Shown: positions 25,440 to 39,344 of the stretch, piece after piece
Position numbering within the stretch: position 1 is the stretch's first letter
Layout of the letters: every line of letters starts with the position of its first letter
NCBI RefSeq assembly: GCF_006345805.1
Contig: NC_043022.1
Location: 17,484,001 to 17,548,000 of the forward strand
DNA length: 64,000 nucleotides
Reading direction: 5' to 3'
From: Octopus sinensis
Taxonomy: Eukaryota
Made by a program: the position numbers and the translations under genes
The notes under the pieces: generated by a model
Seen by the model: only the letters and a program-made list of their open reading frames with translations
What the model was told of the DNA's origin: nothing
Database searches by the model: none

Positions 25440-26100
25440 TATCCATAGTCCATAAGAAGTGTCATTCTTATGTGTTCTTATTCTTTTCAGCATTGATTCT
25501 GCAGCCAGTGGTTGAACCTCTTCATCTTGATGGATGTGAAAGGAGGTGGTGCCAGAGGTGGCTGCTCAGGCCAAGGATGGTATAGAAGAGCCAGGAGGCA
25601 TTTATCGAAGGAGAGAGTTGTTGGGGAGCGAGGAAGTGCAAGTTGCTCTTTGCCTCTCGATGCCTGTTATTTTCTGTCAGATCTGTTTCCTTGACAATAA
25701 CATACCACCACTTTGGGCAATCCTTGGTAATTGTATCCCAGGTATTTGGTTCAAAGAACAGCAGAGGAGAGTGACCTTGAGCTCATTTCAGAAACAAAAT
25801 TTAGGGGGCTCTGAAGGAGTTGACAGGGGAGGTACTTTTGAGGCATACATATGATGTATCCCAACCAGCGAAGGTGGTGCCATGCTACAATGGCTTCATT
25901 TCTGGGCAGTCCAAGCTGGAGCAAAAGCTCTTCATTGGTAGTATAGTCCTTCCAGCAAGTCCCCATGATTACAAATTCTGTGCTGTTGGAAACGTTTGAT
26001 TTTCTTCAAGTTTCATCAATGCAACACCCACATCTCACAGCCGTAAAGAAGTGTGGAAAGGACAACAGCTCAGAATACCATTCTTGTCTGTAAACAGCAA
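25440..26100 (-). mobile_element. RTE/BovB-like LINE ORF C-terminal fragment
   Basis: AVVLSTLLYGCEMW, WKDYTTNEELL, HLRWLGYIICMP. Confidence 0.8.
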
Positions 26101-26119
26101 AGAATAAAGTTGCCAATTT

Positions 26120-28920
26120 GGAATAAGTTGGATGGTTTAACAGGATCTGACAAGTAAAGGATCTGCATCATGCTCTAATGTATACTCTGGCAGGATTTCT
26201 ACATCTGGATGTCCTTCCTAACAGCAAGTATTTCACAGTGTACTGAGTGTTTTCTTCATGGCACCAGCACTAGTGAAGATCACCTCCTAACTTACAAGAC
26301 AAGGAGTCTAAAGTGCCCTCTACATGAGGCATAATAGGAAAGAGATCGGGTGATGATTCTTGGATGAGGAATGGTAAGAAGAGAAGGTGGAGGAATATGG
26401 CAAGAAGAGAGGAAAGAGGTTAGAAAACAGGGGCTACTGAAAAAAAAGGGTGGGTATAGTTGGAAGGTGACAGAGTGGTCTAGAGCTACCCAACATTTTA
26501 AGAGAAGCATAAGGACAGAAAGTCTGAGGTATAAGAAGGGAACAGACAGGGGTGGATAGGAATTCCAAAAGAGTAATTAAAAGAAAATGAGGAGAGGAAG
26601 TTGTGCAGGTACATCAGAGAAGGAAGATAAGGGGTGTTGAGGATAAGTAGCAGGTAAGGGACAGTGGGTAAGTGCAGTAAAAGCAATGAGAGATATTTGA
26701 CAGAAAGGGGAGAGCAAAGTGCAAGTACCACAAAAGCATCCCTGATGTGAAGGCAGTGGTGAGGCTGGAGAGAGGAGGAGGAGGAAGTTATAGGTGGATG
26801 CAGTAAAAAAGAGACTAGAAGGCATCCTGGAAGTGTAAGAGCAAACATATGTACAAAAAAACCGTATGTATACATGAGCACACATGACTTTGCAGTCCAA
26901 AGCAAGAATCCACAGGTGTCACAAAGATAGTCTGTCGTATAGATTGAGGTGGACACTGCCCAGTAACATCTGTCTTTTGCAGCAGCAAGGCAGTGTTGCC
27001 AGTCCTCTTCAAAGACAGCTGCAGCTTATAAGGTGAAAGACCTCTACACTGATCTGTCTGTGGCAAAAGCTTCAAGTTTGCATGGACTAATGCCACTCCA
27101 TTTGAGGTTGATTTTCAGAGTGTCCTTGTATCTAATGCCTTTTTGTTTGCATGAACCCTACACAAGCTCACCACACAACAGTTGTTTGGGTACACAGCTG
27201 TCAGTCATTCTGATGATGTGGCCAGAAAGGTTCAATGGTTGTTGAACCAGATCTGTTCAGTACTTCTTGGTTTGTCACTCTGTCCTACCAGAGAATGCCC
27301 GTGATCCTGCACAGTGCCATTATCAGAAACTGTTCCACCAGTTTGATGTGCCAGTAGTATGCGGTTCATGTTTCACACTCACTGAGTAGAATTGAGGCAA
27401 CTACGGCCTTGTAAGCCTTGAGCTTTGTTGACAGTCTGATGCCTTTCTGCTAGAAGACTTTCACTTTCAGTCTTCCAAGTGCTTGGCTGGCCTTGTGGAT
27501 TCTGGATGAGATTTTGCTGTCCAGTGGTCCATCAGCTGAGATTGTGCTGCCAAGGTATCTGAAGCTCTCCACACACTTCAGCTGGACTCCTTCAGTGGTG
27601 ATTCTCACTACATTCCCCTCTACTCAATCACCTATTCTCATGAACTTACCTGCCTACTCACCCTGTCCAATCCTCTGTACCACTTATATACATCTCCCTA
27701 TAACTTCAGGGTACACTCAATACATCTTCACCAAATTTCTCGCTCTCTCTCTCTTTTTGCAGCTGAGATAATCATGTATCTTGTCTAAAGAAAGACATCT
27801 GTTCTTGTCCCTCTACCATACTTGAACCTCACATCAACTAGCACAAAACCACCTCCCTCAATACTACTCCCCTCTCAAATTGGGGACTTTGCCTTGCAAG
27901 TTATTTGGTGACCTTGCTGGTGCAGGTGCAATGTAAAAAAAAAAAAACACTCAGTTCACTCTGTAAAGTGGTTGATGTTAAGAAGGACATCCAACTGTAG
28001 AAACAAATGCCAAAGTAGACAGTGGAGCTTAATGCAGTCTTCTGGCTTACCAGCTCCTGTCAAACCATCCAACCACTGCCAGTGTGGAAAGACAATGATA
28101 TATATATATATATATATACATATATATACACACACATCATCATTTAACATCCATGTTCTATGCTAGCATGGGTTGGACATTTTGATAAAATGTGTCCAGG
28201 GACTGCATCATTATCCAATGTCTGCTTTTGGCATGATTTCTCATTGGATGTTCTTCCTAACTCTAACCACTTTACAGGGTGTTTTCGTGTGACACAAGCA
28301 CTAATGAGGTTACCATACAACTTGCAAGATTAAGATTCCCTTCAACTAAGTGGAGCTTCAGTAGAAAGAGAGGTGGCTTTATGCAGGGAGATGAGAGAAG
28401 GGAACAGAATAGGTTTCTTGCAGTAGAGGAGTTACATGGCTACTCACGTAATAGGAGAGAGGATGGAGAGGGAAAAGATAAAAGTGTGGTGATGAGAACT
28501 CTCAAGGTAAAAGGTGAGTAAAGAATGGAGAGGAGGGGATGATAGCAATCATAGCAGTGTATAGGAGAGTGAGGAGAGACTATAATGAAGAAGAGGTTTT
28601 GAAGTATAAGGGAAGAGTAGGTGATAACTGTAGAAAATGAGTAGAATTGAGGGGTGGATGGTAACACATGATACATAGGAGTTGGGATGTGGGCAAGAAT
28701 AGGAAATTGTTGACAGTGTAGAAAAAGGTAGAATGAAGAGGTACAGTATAGTAATAATGGAGATGAGGGAAGAATGAGCGCTAAAGTGAGTGACACAGAG
28801 ATGATGTGTGGTTAAGGCTAATCAAAGATGGGCAGAGAGTATTCAGAATGAAGGATGCATAACAAGGAAAATGGTTCTGGGTAGTAAGAATGATAAGTGA
28901 TAACAATGGAAAGTTAGTGA
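26120..28920. mobile_element. Nest of RTE 3'UTR/tail copies in both orientations around an RTE/BovB C-terminal fragment (26890-27605, minus strand)
   Basis: Tail motifs at 26130, 28075 and 28155, with purine/pyrimidine-skewed 3'UTR tracts. Reverse strand gives VESFRYLGSTIS, YKAVVASILL and YLCDTCG. Confidence 0.75.
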
Positions 28921-29084
28921 AGCATATAGTTCTGCCTGTATATTATAACAGCTGCAAAATACTGCAGTTAGAGCAATGTTGGGTAGTGGGAATGTTTTCA
29001 GGAGGAAATTGAGCATGAAGGGCCCAGTTATGCACAAATATATATATATATACACACACACACATTGTGCTTCCAGAATCTGTT

Positions 29085-30860
29085 TCACAAAGCTGGCAGT
29101 TTTCTCAAGAACCACACGTCACCAGTCATCCTAGTCCTTCGACATCTCTGTGCTATTCAAGGTCCCAAGATCAACTTTCACCTCTTTGTGCTGTCTTTCT
29201 GGGTCTCCTTCCACATCAAGTGATTAGTACTTCTTTATACAGCTGTCCTCATCCACATGCTTCCCATCTCCACATCAGTATAGTTTTCTTTTGTTGTTCA
29301 TCCAATAGAGCATTCCAGCTTCATTTCTTTCCAGTTTTCTTAAGTCCTCTCCATTTAAGGCCCATGTCTCACCAACATACAGCATTGCAGTTCTAACACA
29401 AATGTTATACATTCTGCTCTTCACTCTGAGGGAAAAGCCTATTTTGTTAGTAGCAGTCCTCTAAATCTTCTCCAACCTCTTCTTACCCTGGATACTACAC
29501 TTTCAGAGCAACCACTTCTCCTGCTAATTACATCTTGGTAATAAAAACTATTAGCTACTTCTAGTCAGCCATCCTAAGAGTTAAGAGACTCTATATCCAG
29601 TGTAATCATAGTACAGACTACTGCTCCAGTCTAACTGTCACTAAAGAATCTTCCTTTCTCTTAATCTACCTCTGATTCTCCAACATCTTTTGGGTGTCCA
29701 CACCTTATAGTGGGTACAGAGTATAGAGTTCATACCTATTCCTTTTCTAAGCAAGAGCATTTCCCTGAAGATACAAGGGTTTTGACTTCTATTTTTCTTA
29801 ATAAAGTCTTAGTTTTTGCTAAGTTTACCTTGAGGTCCCTTAATTATAGGTTTAGCTTCCATGGCTAGAATTTCCAATTTAATTCTACTAAAGATTTAGC
29901 TAAGAGAATTAGATACTCAGCATGCAGGGGTTACCATAGACGCCATGATGCTCTGTAAGACTATGATGACAAGAGGACTAAGCCTTGATGGACAGCCCGG
30001 TGAATGTTTCCCTGTACACTTAAATCATCACTATACTTATGGCTCTCACCCAACTGACAGCACCCCTGCACATGGCTTGTATGGCTCTCACAAACCAGTC
30101 TACCCCTAGTTTCCTCAGAGACCACAATATCACAGAGCAAAGGACTCTGTTGAAGGCTTTCTCATGCATCTTTAAACAGCTTGTACAGCCCTCACAAGCC
30201 ATTCATCTACACCTACTTTCGTACTACATGCACTACCTTGTCAAATGCCACAAATAGTGGTTTACTCTCAGCTAAGTATTTCACTCGGAAGACTGCATCC
30301 GTGGTATCTCAAGGTACAAAGCCAAGCTGTATCTCATCAAGGTCTTCTCTGTCAGAAATTGTGCTATGACTCTCTATGTGACCTTCATTACCTGATCCAG
30401 TAGTTTGACTTCTCAATAGATTCACCTAAGTCATCCCTTTGCCTCTGTAGCTGTTTATGATGATACTTCTATGCCAGACATTGAGTGTAATACCTTCCTT
30501 TATAACACGATTTAAATATCCATGCGATAATCATCTATCTTAATACAGTTGATATTTTGAAAATCTCAGCAACTATTCCTGATGGACCTGCAGCTTTCTC
30601 TCTCTTCATGTCCTTATTCACTCCATGCAGCTGTCATCTTGAACTGCTAGTTCCTCTGTAGGGTCAGCAGAAGGTGTCCCCTCTATATCCCATGTAGTCT
30701 CCACGTTCAGGAGCCTCTTACAATAGCACTTCCACGCTACATTCTTGTCTTCCAGATTGATGACAAGTATGCTTTTATCCTTCTGAATGCACTTCTCACC
30801 AATGACGTCTCAGTTCTCTTACAGTCTCACAATCCTGGACACTTCACGCTTCTGATCCAA
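29085..30860 (-). mobile_element. Decayed RTE-type LINE RT region
   Basis: EKAFNRV...WSLRKLGVDWFVRAIQAM, DEIQLGFVP and KAAGPSGIVAE, collinear with 8320-10270. Confidence 0.85.
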
Positions 30861-30874
30861 ACACACACACATGC

Positions 30875-30922
<48 letters not shown>

Positions 30923-31288
30923 ACGATAGACATGTATACATGTACACGCACATTTAATATAAAAAAAACATCCCCATATATACACACATATACATCGTAT
31001 TATATAGTCATATAACTACACACGCATATATATGTGCGCGCACGCACATACACATACATTTATATATGTCCGTGTGCTACAATGCGTTTTGGTATGTGGA
31101 AACTAATAAAACAAATAAAATATGGATCTTGTATCAAAATCATAGATATACAGGTTATTCAATGAATTCACTGAAACAATCACCAGCCGAGATAAACACA
31201 CGTATAAATAATGAAATCAATTAACAGCATTTTGTTTTGTTGGTTTTTTTTTACACAGCCAGATAACTGACAATTTGATTGCTGATAA

Positions 31289-31292
<4 letters not shown>

Positions 31293-31324
<32 letters not shown>

Positions 31325-31367
31325 TATATATATATATAGATATATATATATATATATAGATATATAT

Positions 31368-31450
<83 letters not shown>
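31293..31450. repeat. (TA)n-(GA)n microsatellite
   Basis: Directly visible. Confidence 0.95.
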
Positions 31451-31451
<1 letters not shown>

Positions 31452-31871
31452 TATTAGATAGATTTACTGTACAGAAATGTGTTGTGTGTACAAGTTAGTA
31501 TATACATCGTACAGATATGTATACATACATATAAATATATGTATCGTATTTAGTGTGTGTATGATAAATAAATATATGTAATTTATTTATACATATATAT
31601 ATATATGTACACACACTCAGAGAAAATTCATATGGTAAGCTATGCTGCCAAGACGAGCGAATATAGAGTAGAAGAGTGTAATGAGTTTAATGTATAAACA
31701 GAGTTGAAGCAAAGAGATACAGCAGTTTAGGAAAGGTAATAGGAGACGGGAGAGTAGAGGACGTATCTGTTGTATTTCTAGCATTTCAATAGTTTAGGAG
31801 ACTGTGTTATTTGGTTGTTACTGTTCTAGTGTGGTTGCTGATGAGTGTATTTGCGATAATTAGTGATTTAC

Positions 31872-32045
31872 CTGCCTGTGAAATACGTCAGAACCAAATA
31901 CCACCACAAGAAGAAAAACTGGAAACCAATTCGCAAAGATGGGTTCCGTCGGAGTCACGTGACCGAGTCAACGTTTCCGGAAGTTTGTCTTCGACGTTGG
32001 AAGAAACGTCGAACGGGCGCGATGGTTCGTTGCGAGAGGAAGACG
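31872..32045 (-). promoter_or_regulatory. CpG-dense promoter-like island with a candidate minus-strand first exon (donor CAG|GTAAAT after 31872)
   Basis: Palindromic GTCACGTGAC (31954-31963), TTCCGGAAGT ETS-type site (31975-31984), CCAAT (~31926), and the densest CpG cluster seen in the window. Confidence 0.65.
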
Positions 32046-32239
32046 GCAAATATTTATTAAAATCATTAGATACCATGCAGGAAGGAGCGTGTTTGCATAT
32101 ATATATATTATATATTTTAAAACAAACTAGCGTATGTATATATATATATATACATAAACACATTTGTATGTGTGTATATATATATATGTGTATATATTTG
32201 TGTGTGTATAGACACACACAGCATATTTATATATCATAA

Positions 32240-32480
32240 TCATCATCATCACTGAAAGTTCACTTTTCCATGCTAGCATGGGTCAGACGGAGATTATTTT
32301 AGGCGGATTTGTCTACGACCGGGTGCCTCTTCCTATCGCCAACCCTCACCTCCTTACAAACACGGTAATATTTCTCCATGGTTAAACATACTTGCGCAGA
32401 ATTTTGGAAATGAATGACATTGCTTGCATAACAGTGACACTCATTTACAACTATCATGCAATGTCAAGACAAGGAGGCAA
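32240..32480 (-). mobile_element. Short interspersed repeat carrying the RTE-type 3' tail (another copy at 40165-40392, + strand)
   Basis: (CAT)n plus ttttccatgctagcatggg followed by a distinct body, acaactatcatgcaatgtcaagacaagg. Confidence 0.65.
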
Positions 32481-32538
32481 AAACACACACATTACCTGTA
32501 TGTGTTTGTATATATATACATATATATATATATATATC

Positions 32539-32765
32539 ATAAAGTGTTAATCAAATACAGAGAGTAATATGGAATTGAATAAATGACAAAGGAACAGAAA
32601 ATTATATACAATGAACCACATTAGCTTATAGCTTTTTCTGCTAGATGATGCAATGTTAAGTGCTAGTGCATGAACTGATACCTTCCCCAAAACTCTGCAT
32701 AGTCTCCTGTTCCTTTGTCACTTATTTAATTTCATATCATGCTTTGTACTTGACAAACAGTTTAT
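32539..32765. repeat. Decayed ~225-bp inverted repeat (MITE-like)
   Basis: tgacaaaggaacag (32584-32597) pairs with ctgttcctttgtca (32707-32720), with imperfect pairing extending outward. Confidence 0.65.
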
Positions 32766-34161
32766 TCTGAAACATATCTATATTCAATTCTAACACCAAG
32801 TTATTAGTATCACTATGCCTGATTAAAACATGACCAGAGATTTAGAGATGTTCTAAGTGAAGCATTTGATGAGGGGAAGATATAGAAACATATAGCAAAG
32901 AGGATGATAGGGAGTTCTTACAGGATAACTTACTAAGGGTGATAGACCAAATCTGTGGCAGGAGCAAAGCTTGTCAGATTACACATGACATGGTGGGGAA
33001 CAGTGAGGTAGACAGGGCCATAAGAGAGAAGAGATGAGTTATTGAAAAAGTGGCAAAATGAAGGTAGCAAAAGCAACTATGCTGTAATGCTAAAAGGGAA
33101 GCTAGGCAACAGGTTTATCTGACAAGAAAAATGGAGGAGATTTACCAATGTCTTACAACAAAGATCAGAGGAGAGAGGCATTCCAAATTGCTAGACGAGG
33201 CTCAGTTCTCAGTACTTTTCTATTTACTATTGTCCTCTAAGCCACATCAGAAGAATTCAAAACTGGCTACTCCTGGAAAGTATTAGATGCTAATGATCTC
33301 CATCTTATAGTGGAATCTTTAACAAAATTTTAAAAGTAATTCCAGGTGTGGAAGCAAAACTTGAAATTGAAGGGCTTTAAAGTTAACTAACTCTCTTTTC
33401 TACTACCACTCTCAATGTCTTCTCATCATCCTCCACTTAATAAAGGCCCTTATGTACTCCTATATATCCACGCCTCCATTGCTCCTACACTTTGTAAATC
33501 ACCAACTACTTTTTGATCTAGTCTCCTTCTTGGACCAGTGGAAAACAAAATGCTGCCAGTCCATGTTGTGAAGTGGTTGGCATTTGGAAGGACATCCAGC
33601 CATACAAACCATGCTAAAGCTGAGAGTGGAGCTTGGCCAGTATGTGTGTATGTGTTCTCGTAGTAGTAATCCACAGATAGAGATAGAGTGATGTAAGAGA
33701 AAAGAAATTGAGCGTGTAAAAGTTATAGAGTCGAGGGAAGTTGTGTCCCATTGTTGGCTGATTATAACTTTCTTTCTCCTACTGACCATTTGTCTTTAGT
33801 AACTGCCCGCTTGTGACCATGATTCTAGTTGTCCGTTCACTAACTGATGGTCACTCTCACTAACTTGGGTTCTCACTAACTGACTTTTGCTTGGGGGTTC
33901 CTGTTTTTATAACTATCAAGAAGGATAGACATATTGTTGAGAACAATAGATTTTGTTGGAAGGTCTGTGATATTCTAGCTATTGGTGAAATAGAAGAGGT
34001 TAGAAGGGTCAAGTGGCAAAGACATTATTTTGCTTAGCTAAGGCATCTGGCAAATGTAACTACTATCACTCAAAAAAACTATTGTTTTACCGTGAGAAAA
34101 GTGCTGTTGAAGTGTTAATTGAAATTTGGTTATCAAGGATCCATGCCATACCTGCAAGATC

Positions 34162-34192
<31 letters not shown>

Positions 34193-34193
34193 A

Positions 34194-34560
34194 GCACAGG
34201 TATGGCTGTGTGGTAAGAAACTTGCTTCTCAACCATGTGGTTCTAAGTTCAGAAGACATTTGGATAAGTATCTTCTACTATAGTTTTGGGTCAACCAAAG
34301 CCTTGTGAGTAGAATTGGTAGACAGAAACTGAAAGAAACCTGTCGCATGCGCGTGTGCATGTGTGTGTGTACGTGTATGTGCACATGTGTGTGTGTATAT
34401 CTTTGTGTCTGTAATTGTTTCCTCATCACTGCTTGACAACTGGTGTTGGTGTGTTTATGTCCCCATAACTTAGCAGTTCAGCAAAAGAGACCAATAGAAT
34501 AAGTACCAGGTTTAAAAACAAATAATAAGCCCTCGGGTCAATTTGTTTGACCAAAAATCC
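34194..34560 (+). mobile_element. SINE family B
   Basis: gcacaggtatggctgtgtggtaagaaac...accaaagccttgtgagt...agacagaaactgaaagaa. Confidence 0.85.
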
Positions 34561-34561
34561 T

Positions 34562-35700
34562 GAGAGGAGACGCACAACTTTACAGAAGCTTTTGTAGTTT
34601 AGGACAAATTTGTCAAAATCTTGAACCAAAATCCCTGAACTAGGTCCAGACCACCTGTCTTCCAATTACTCATTTTATCAACTCCTGCTTGAGTATCTTC
34701 CATCATGATGATAATGTCCTCTTGTATCTCCATGCCACTGAATTCTCATTCCACTTCATAAGGCTAAGGGGTCCTGTTGTATTTGGCTTCTTCTGATCAG
34801 ATCTTGTTTCAAAATGAAGTTGCTTAGAATCGTTTCTGATTTGTTCTGAAACAGTTTTGTTTGAACTGTAGGCACCTTTCCTTGTTTCTTTGGATCTTAA
34901 CTGCACCTACTTTTGTCTTTTCTTTCAATATATCTGATATGGACAGAATGCTCTTATCCATCAGGTGGTATTTCTTATTTATGTGGTTCAGTTCACTTTG
35001 ACTGAGCTGCATACTTCCTTGGTCTTACTTAAATCCCTTTGCCATGTATTGATGCTTTCTTTTACTCTCCTTTTCCAGAATGGTATTTTGCTTCTCTCTA
35101 AACATTCCCATCTCTTTATGACATAAGCAGTAATGTACATCAAGGAATTTAACTCTGCAATGTCCTTAATTGGAATTCTTCATGACCACTTCATTTGCTT
35201 TCCTGAGTTTTGATTTTAGCTTTTCCTTATCATATGACTTCAATGGTGGTAAGCTTTTCCTTTCCTCAAGAAACATCATTTTCAGAATTCTGTCATTGAG
35301 CGATTCTAGTTCTGGGCTAATTTCTTCTGGTCACTCACTAGTTTGAGATACACTAAGGGCCTCTACAACTGATACATTTCCACCTTTCATGTCCAAGTTC
35401 TTCTGATTCTCTTGTTCAACAGGTATTTCTTCTGGAAATGTAGTCCCCTGCCATTGTAATTCCTTCTTGTTCAATCTTTTCCTTCTTAACCTTAATTTGT
35501 CTAATTTGATCAGCTTATCTTTGTTCATTCACATATTTCAGCTCAGCATGTTGGTCATATTTTCTCTCCAAATGTTCTCTTTTATCCATATTAATCTCCT
35601 TTACTGTCGTGGGTCAGTAGTTGCTCGATTACAACTGAGCCCACACTGCTTATTTTCAGAAAACAGCCCTGAAAGTGGTTTATGACTCATTCAATTGCAT
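34562..35700 (-). mobile_element. R4/Dong-clade non-LTR retrotransposon fragment (region N-terminal to RT)
   Basis: Reverse strand reads LPPLKSYDKEKLK, ELNSLMY, KKYHL...ILKEK...KIQR...QFKQN.FRTNQKRF and KMSNWKTGGLDLVQGFWFK, which resemble R4/Dong ORFs. Confidence 0.7.
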
Positions 35701-36909
35701 GGCTATTAACTCCAGTGAGTTCATCTACTCTTTAACAGATCACCAAATAATTTACAAGACAAAACCCATTAACAGAGTGGGGCTGTACTGCTGAGGGAGG
35801 TGAATTTGTGTCAGGTGTTGAGAAGCTAAAGTATGATAGGACAGGCTCAGGTATCTTGCTGTATAAAAGATACATGACTACTCCAACTGGAAAGAAAGGA
35901 AACATGGTGGTGATGAGGTGACATACTCTCAAGATACAAGAAGATGGACAAAAAGAATATAGAGAGAGTACTGAGGATAGCTGGATGGGGAGGTTTATGG
36001 GAGTGTGAGAGAAGCATGAGAGGTGAATGCAGTGAATGGTAAACATAGGTGAAGGTATGGGAGTAGTGAGTTTCATTCTGGGGGAAGGTAGAAAGAAATT
36101 GAAGTGGGTTAGGTAGAAAAAGGTGATGGGTGGGTAATACAAAAAAAAGGGCTGAGAGAGGTAGAGATCAACAGTATATGACAGAGATGGAGGTCAGAGG
36201 TGCATAGGGTGAATATAGTGAATGACGAAAAAAGGTAGTGGGGAATTGGCAAATATGAGAGGAAGTTCAAGGGAAAAGAGTATTGTGGAAAATGAAGTGG
36301 TAAGGGATGATGTTGAAAGTGTGAGATGGTTGACAAGGGAAGCAGTTCCCAGGGGAGGGACAACTAATAGCACAAAAGGGGGAATGGAATACATAGAGTT
36401 CTGCTCACATATAATTACAGCAGATAAGGAAATGGCTCCTTCGAAGGATGAAGGAAGGATAGGTATTATGAAGATGAATTGACAGGAACAGATTGGGTGT
36501 GGGAGCATAGACATTAGCAATACTTTTAGGATGGATGAGTTATCTTGAGCATAAGAAATCACCCATCATCTACTCCATATATGTATGTATGCCAGTGCAA
36601 TTTGGAAAAAGAAACCCTGCATACTGGTAAGCAGGTTCTATTCCGTTTGTGAAAACTGTTGGCTATGAAAAGTCTAGAGAATTTTGTTTCATTTCCTCAT
36701 GTAAGAGGTGGAGAGCAGTATTTGTTTCTTTGCATTCTCATCAAAATAGAGTTACTTATGGAAAGACAAAAAAAAAGGGGTTAAATAAACTCTACTTGTT
36801 AAACTCTTTCTACTGTCTTCGTCCTTCAGAGTTGTCTACTGTCTATTACTGCTTTGACTCTCATAGCTACCATTGTCTGGTCACAATGCACCTTGTATCA
36901 TTTTAGCTT

Positions 36910-37116
36910 TTAAATGATGCCACCCCACTGCTGGCCAAGATTCCCCCTAATTGGAAGGCTAATTATCACAGGGTTACCCATGTACAGCTAAGTGGACTAG
37001 AGAAACATGAAATGAAATATTTCAATCAAAAACACAATGTGCCACTTGGTCGGGGAACTGAACCACGATCGTGATTGTGAGTGCAGCACCCTCACTACTA
37101 GGCCATGCACCTTCAC
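36910..37116 (-). mobile_element. SINE family A
   Basis: Reverse complement starts gaaggtgcatggcctagtagtgagggtg. Confidence 0.75.
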
Positions 37117-37639
37117 CATAACCATAATAAATAACAGAAGCAGTGACTGCTGCAGCTACATTCGCTGAAATACTACATTTGTGGGCTGTGGCTAACAGTC
37201 CTGCTCATTTGCGATTGGTTGCAGACTTGACAACTGCCAACATCAACGACAATGATTTCCCCTTTGATCATCAGGGATTCAGGATTGTCATCAGTCTAAA
37301 TTGCTGGTTGGTGTGAAGGATGAGGATGTAGGGTGGTGTGTGTGAAGTAGACACAATATTTATAAGTGGGGACGACATAGATACTTCTGTCGGTGCATTG
37401 GAACAAATGAATGAGCTTTTGTTAGTGCTAATTGCTCCTAAAGATGATGATGCAGACACTTCTCTTGATAATAACCTATTCTGTGTAGACTGTTATTGAT
37501 TAAAAAGTGAATTGCCAATTTGTGGATCAATTTCCAAGTCATACAGATACCACAAATATAAGACATGAGGTATTTGTTTCAGGGCTGGAAAAATGAAAGA
37601 AGTGAACTCAAAGCCAGCTGTAAAGAACAAAGAGATCAT

Positions 37640-38640
37640 AGGTTTGATGTGATGGAATTTGCAACCATGTTACGACCCAAGCAAGTAAGTAAGCTTAAGG
37701 CAGTCCATCTTGACAGATCACAACATTGTCTTTGATCCTTAGGGGTTGTCTTCATGGCATTGGCAGGCCCTCTCGTGGTTAAAATGGTCAATTCTGGAGG
37801 CACATGTCCGATTATACTGAGAGCAGTGAAGAGGGCTCTGACAAAGATGAGCTCATCTAGGATTTTGCTGAAATTCGTTGAGCTGTCTCCGCTTTCCTTC
37901 GTGAAGTCTAGTCCGCTCATTCTCAAAATGCAGTGTACCAGTTTTGACTGTACCCCTCCAGGTAGTACGGTCTGTGGCCAGTGTTTCAAGTTCACCAGGA
38001 GGGATGTTGCAGAGCTTCAGGGATTTCTTGAGATGATCTTTATATTGCTTCTTTGGACCTCCGTGAGGTTAGTTACCCTCTGCTAACTCCCCCAAAAGGA
38101 CAATTTTGGGTATACAGTTTTCTGGCATCCTGATAATATGTCTCACCTAGTGCAGTTGACATTTAAGGATCATGCATTGGATGCTGGTCAGTTTCGCTCA
38201 TCTCAGAATCTCCATATGTGGGATCTTGGCCTTCCATTCCAGGTCAGATGAAGAATGCACTGGAGTCAGTGGATATGAAAGGCTTCGAAGAGTTTGACAT
38301 GATGACGATAAAGTGACGAGGTTTCTGAGGCAAACAGAAGCATGGAAACCAAAACAGCATGATAAACCTCAACTTTCGTGGAGAGATTCAAATCATGATT
38401 AAGGAAGACCCAATCCTTGAGACGTCCAAAAGCGGAGGAGGCAAGGTGGATGCGATTCTGAATTTCGTGGTCAATGTCCCCATTGCTTGAGATGCTGCTA
38501 CCCAAATAGGTGAATTTGTGTTCTTTAGCCGGTTGTTTTGGATCGAAAGAGTCACAGGGCGTGAACCATTTTTGGAGCGTTGAAGGATCTCTGTTTGCTT
38601 GGTGTTGACCTGGAGTCCAGCACACAACATCTAGGTTCTG
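37640..38640 (-). mobile_element. RTE/BovB-like LINE 3' portion
   Basis: GLQVNTKQTEIL, FTYLGSSISSNGDIDHEIQNRIHLASSAFGRL...TKVEVYHAVLVSMLLFASE. Confidence 0.88.
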
Positions 38641-38710
38641 CTGACGTTTAAGTATACATTGGAATTATATTTCACTGTGGTGTTCATCATTTAATATCTG
38701 TCTCCATGCT

Positions 38711-39007
38711 CTGGAACTCAGAACATAAGAACAAATGAAATGCTGCTAAACATTTTGCCTGGTGTGCTAACAATTCTGTCACCTTGAGAATAATATAGAT
38801 GTTTTCGATCTAGTTTGAATTCTTTGCAATCAAATTTGAATTTTTCAATTGGTGCTCAAGCCTTGAAAAAAAAGAGAGTTAAACTGCATCAGCCGTAAGG
38901 CAATACATGTCTATCTTATCTAACTTGTTCAGTAGAGCCCACCAATTGATATCTGAAAAGTTCGATGAAATATCTAATGAACACTGCCATAGCTTCTACC
39001 AAAAGAT
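38711..39007 (-). repeat. Inverted duplicate of 40819-41114 (most of the right arm of the foldback element plus ~83 bp of its flank)
   Basis: Reverse-complement match with only about six differences counted by eye. Confidence 0.92.
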
Positions 39008-39344
39008 TCCTTCCACTGTGTGAGAGTGGCACATCTTCACACAGCTCTCTTCATCCATCTGTAGTACATGACCATATCAACACAAACATCTCTCTTGCAC
39101 ACAACATCCGATGCTTCTTATGTCCAACAATTCTCTCAGGGTGCTTACACTCTGTCGCGTGTGCACAGACATTACACATCCAGCGGATCATGCTAGCTTC
39201 ACCTGCATTGTACATCAGTGCCAGAGATTATTTACATGAGTTAACACGTGCTATTTGAATTTTTCCTTAATAGAACGGTCGAATTACACAAATCCGGATT
39301 TTTCTAGTTTAATTACAATTAGTCGAAACTCAAACTTTAACAAT

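Noticed and set aside
31811-32239. 142-aa ORF across the CpG island
   Set aside because: It has a non-ATG start, runs into microsatellite, and shows no recognisable homology. It is better explained as promoter sequence.
35740-36570. Strongly purine-skewed tract with several ORFs (also 26300-26800 and 28380-28900)
   Set aside because: These appear to be reverse-oriented copies of the CT-rich RTE 3'UTR, and the ORFs are low-complexity artefacts.
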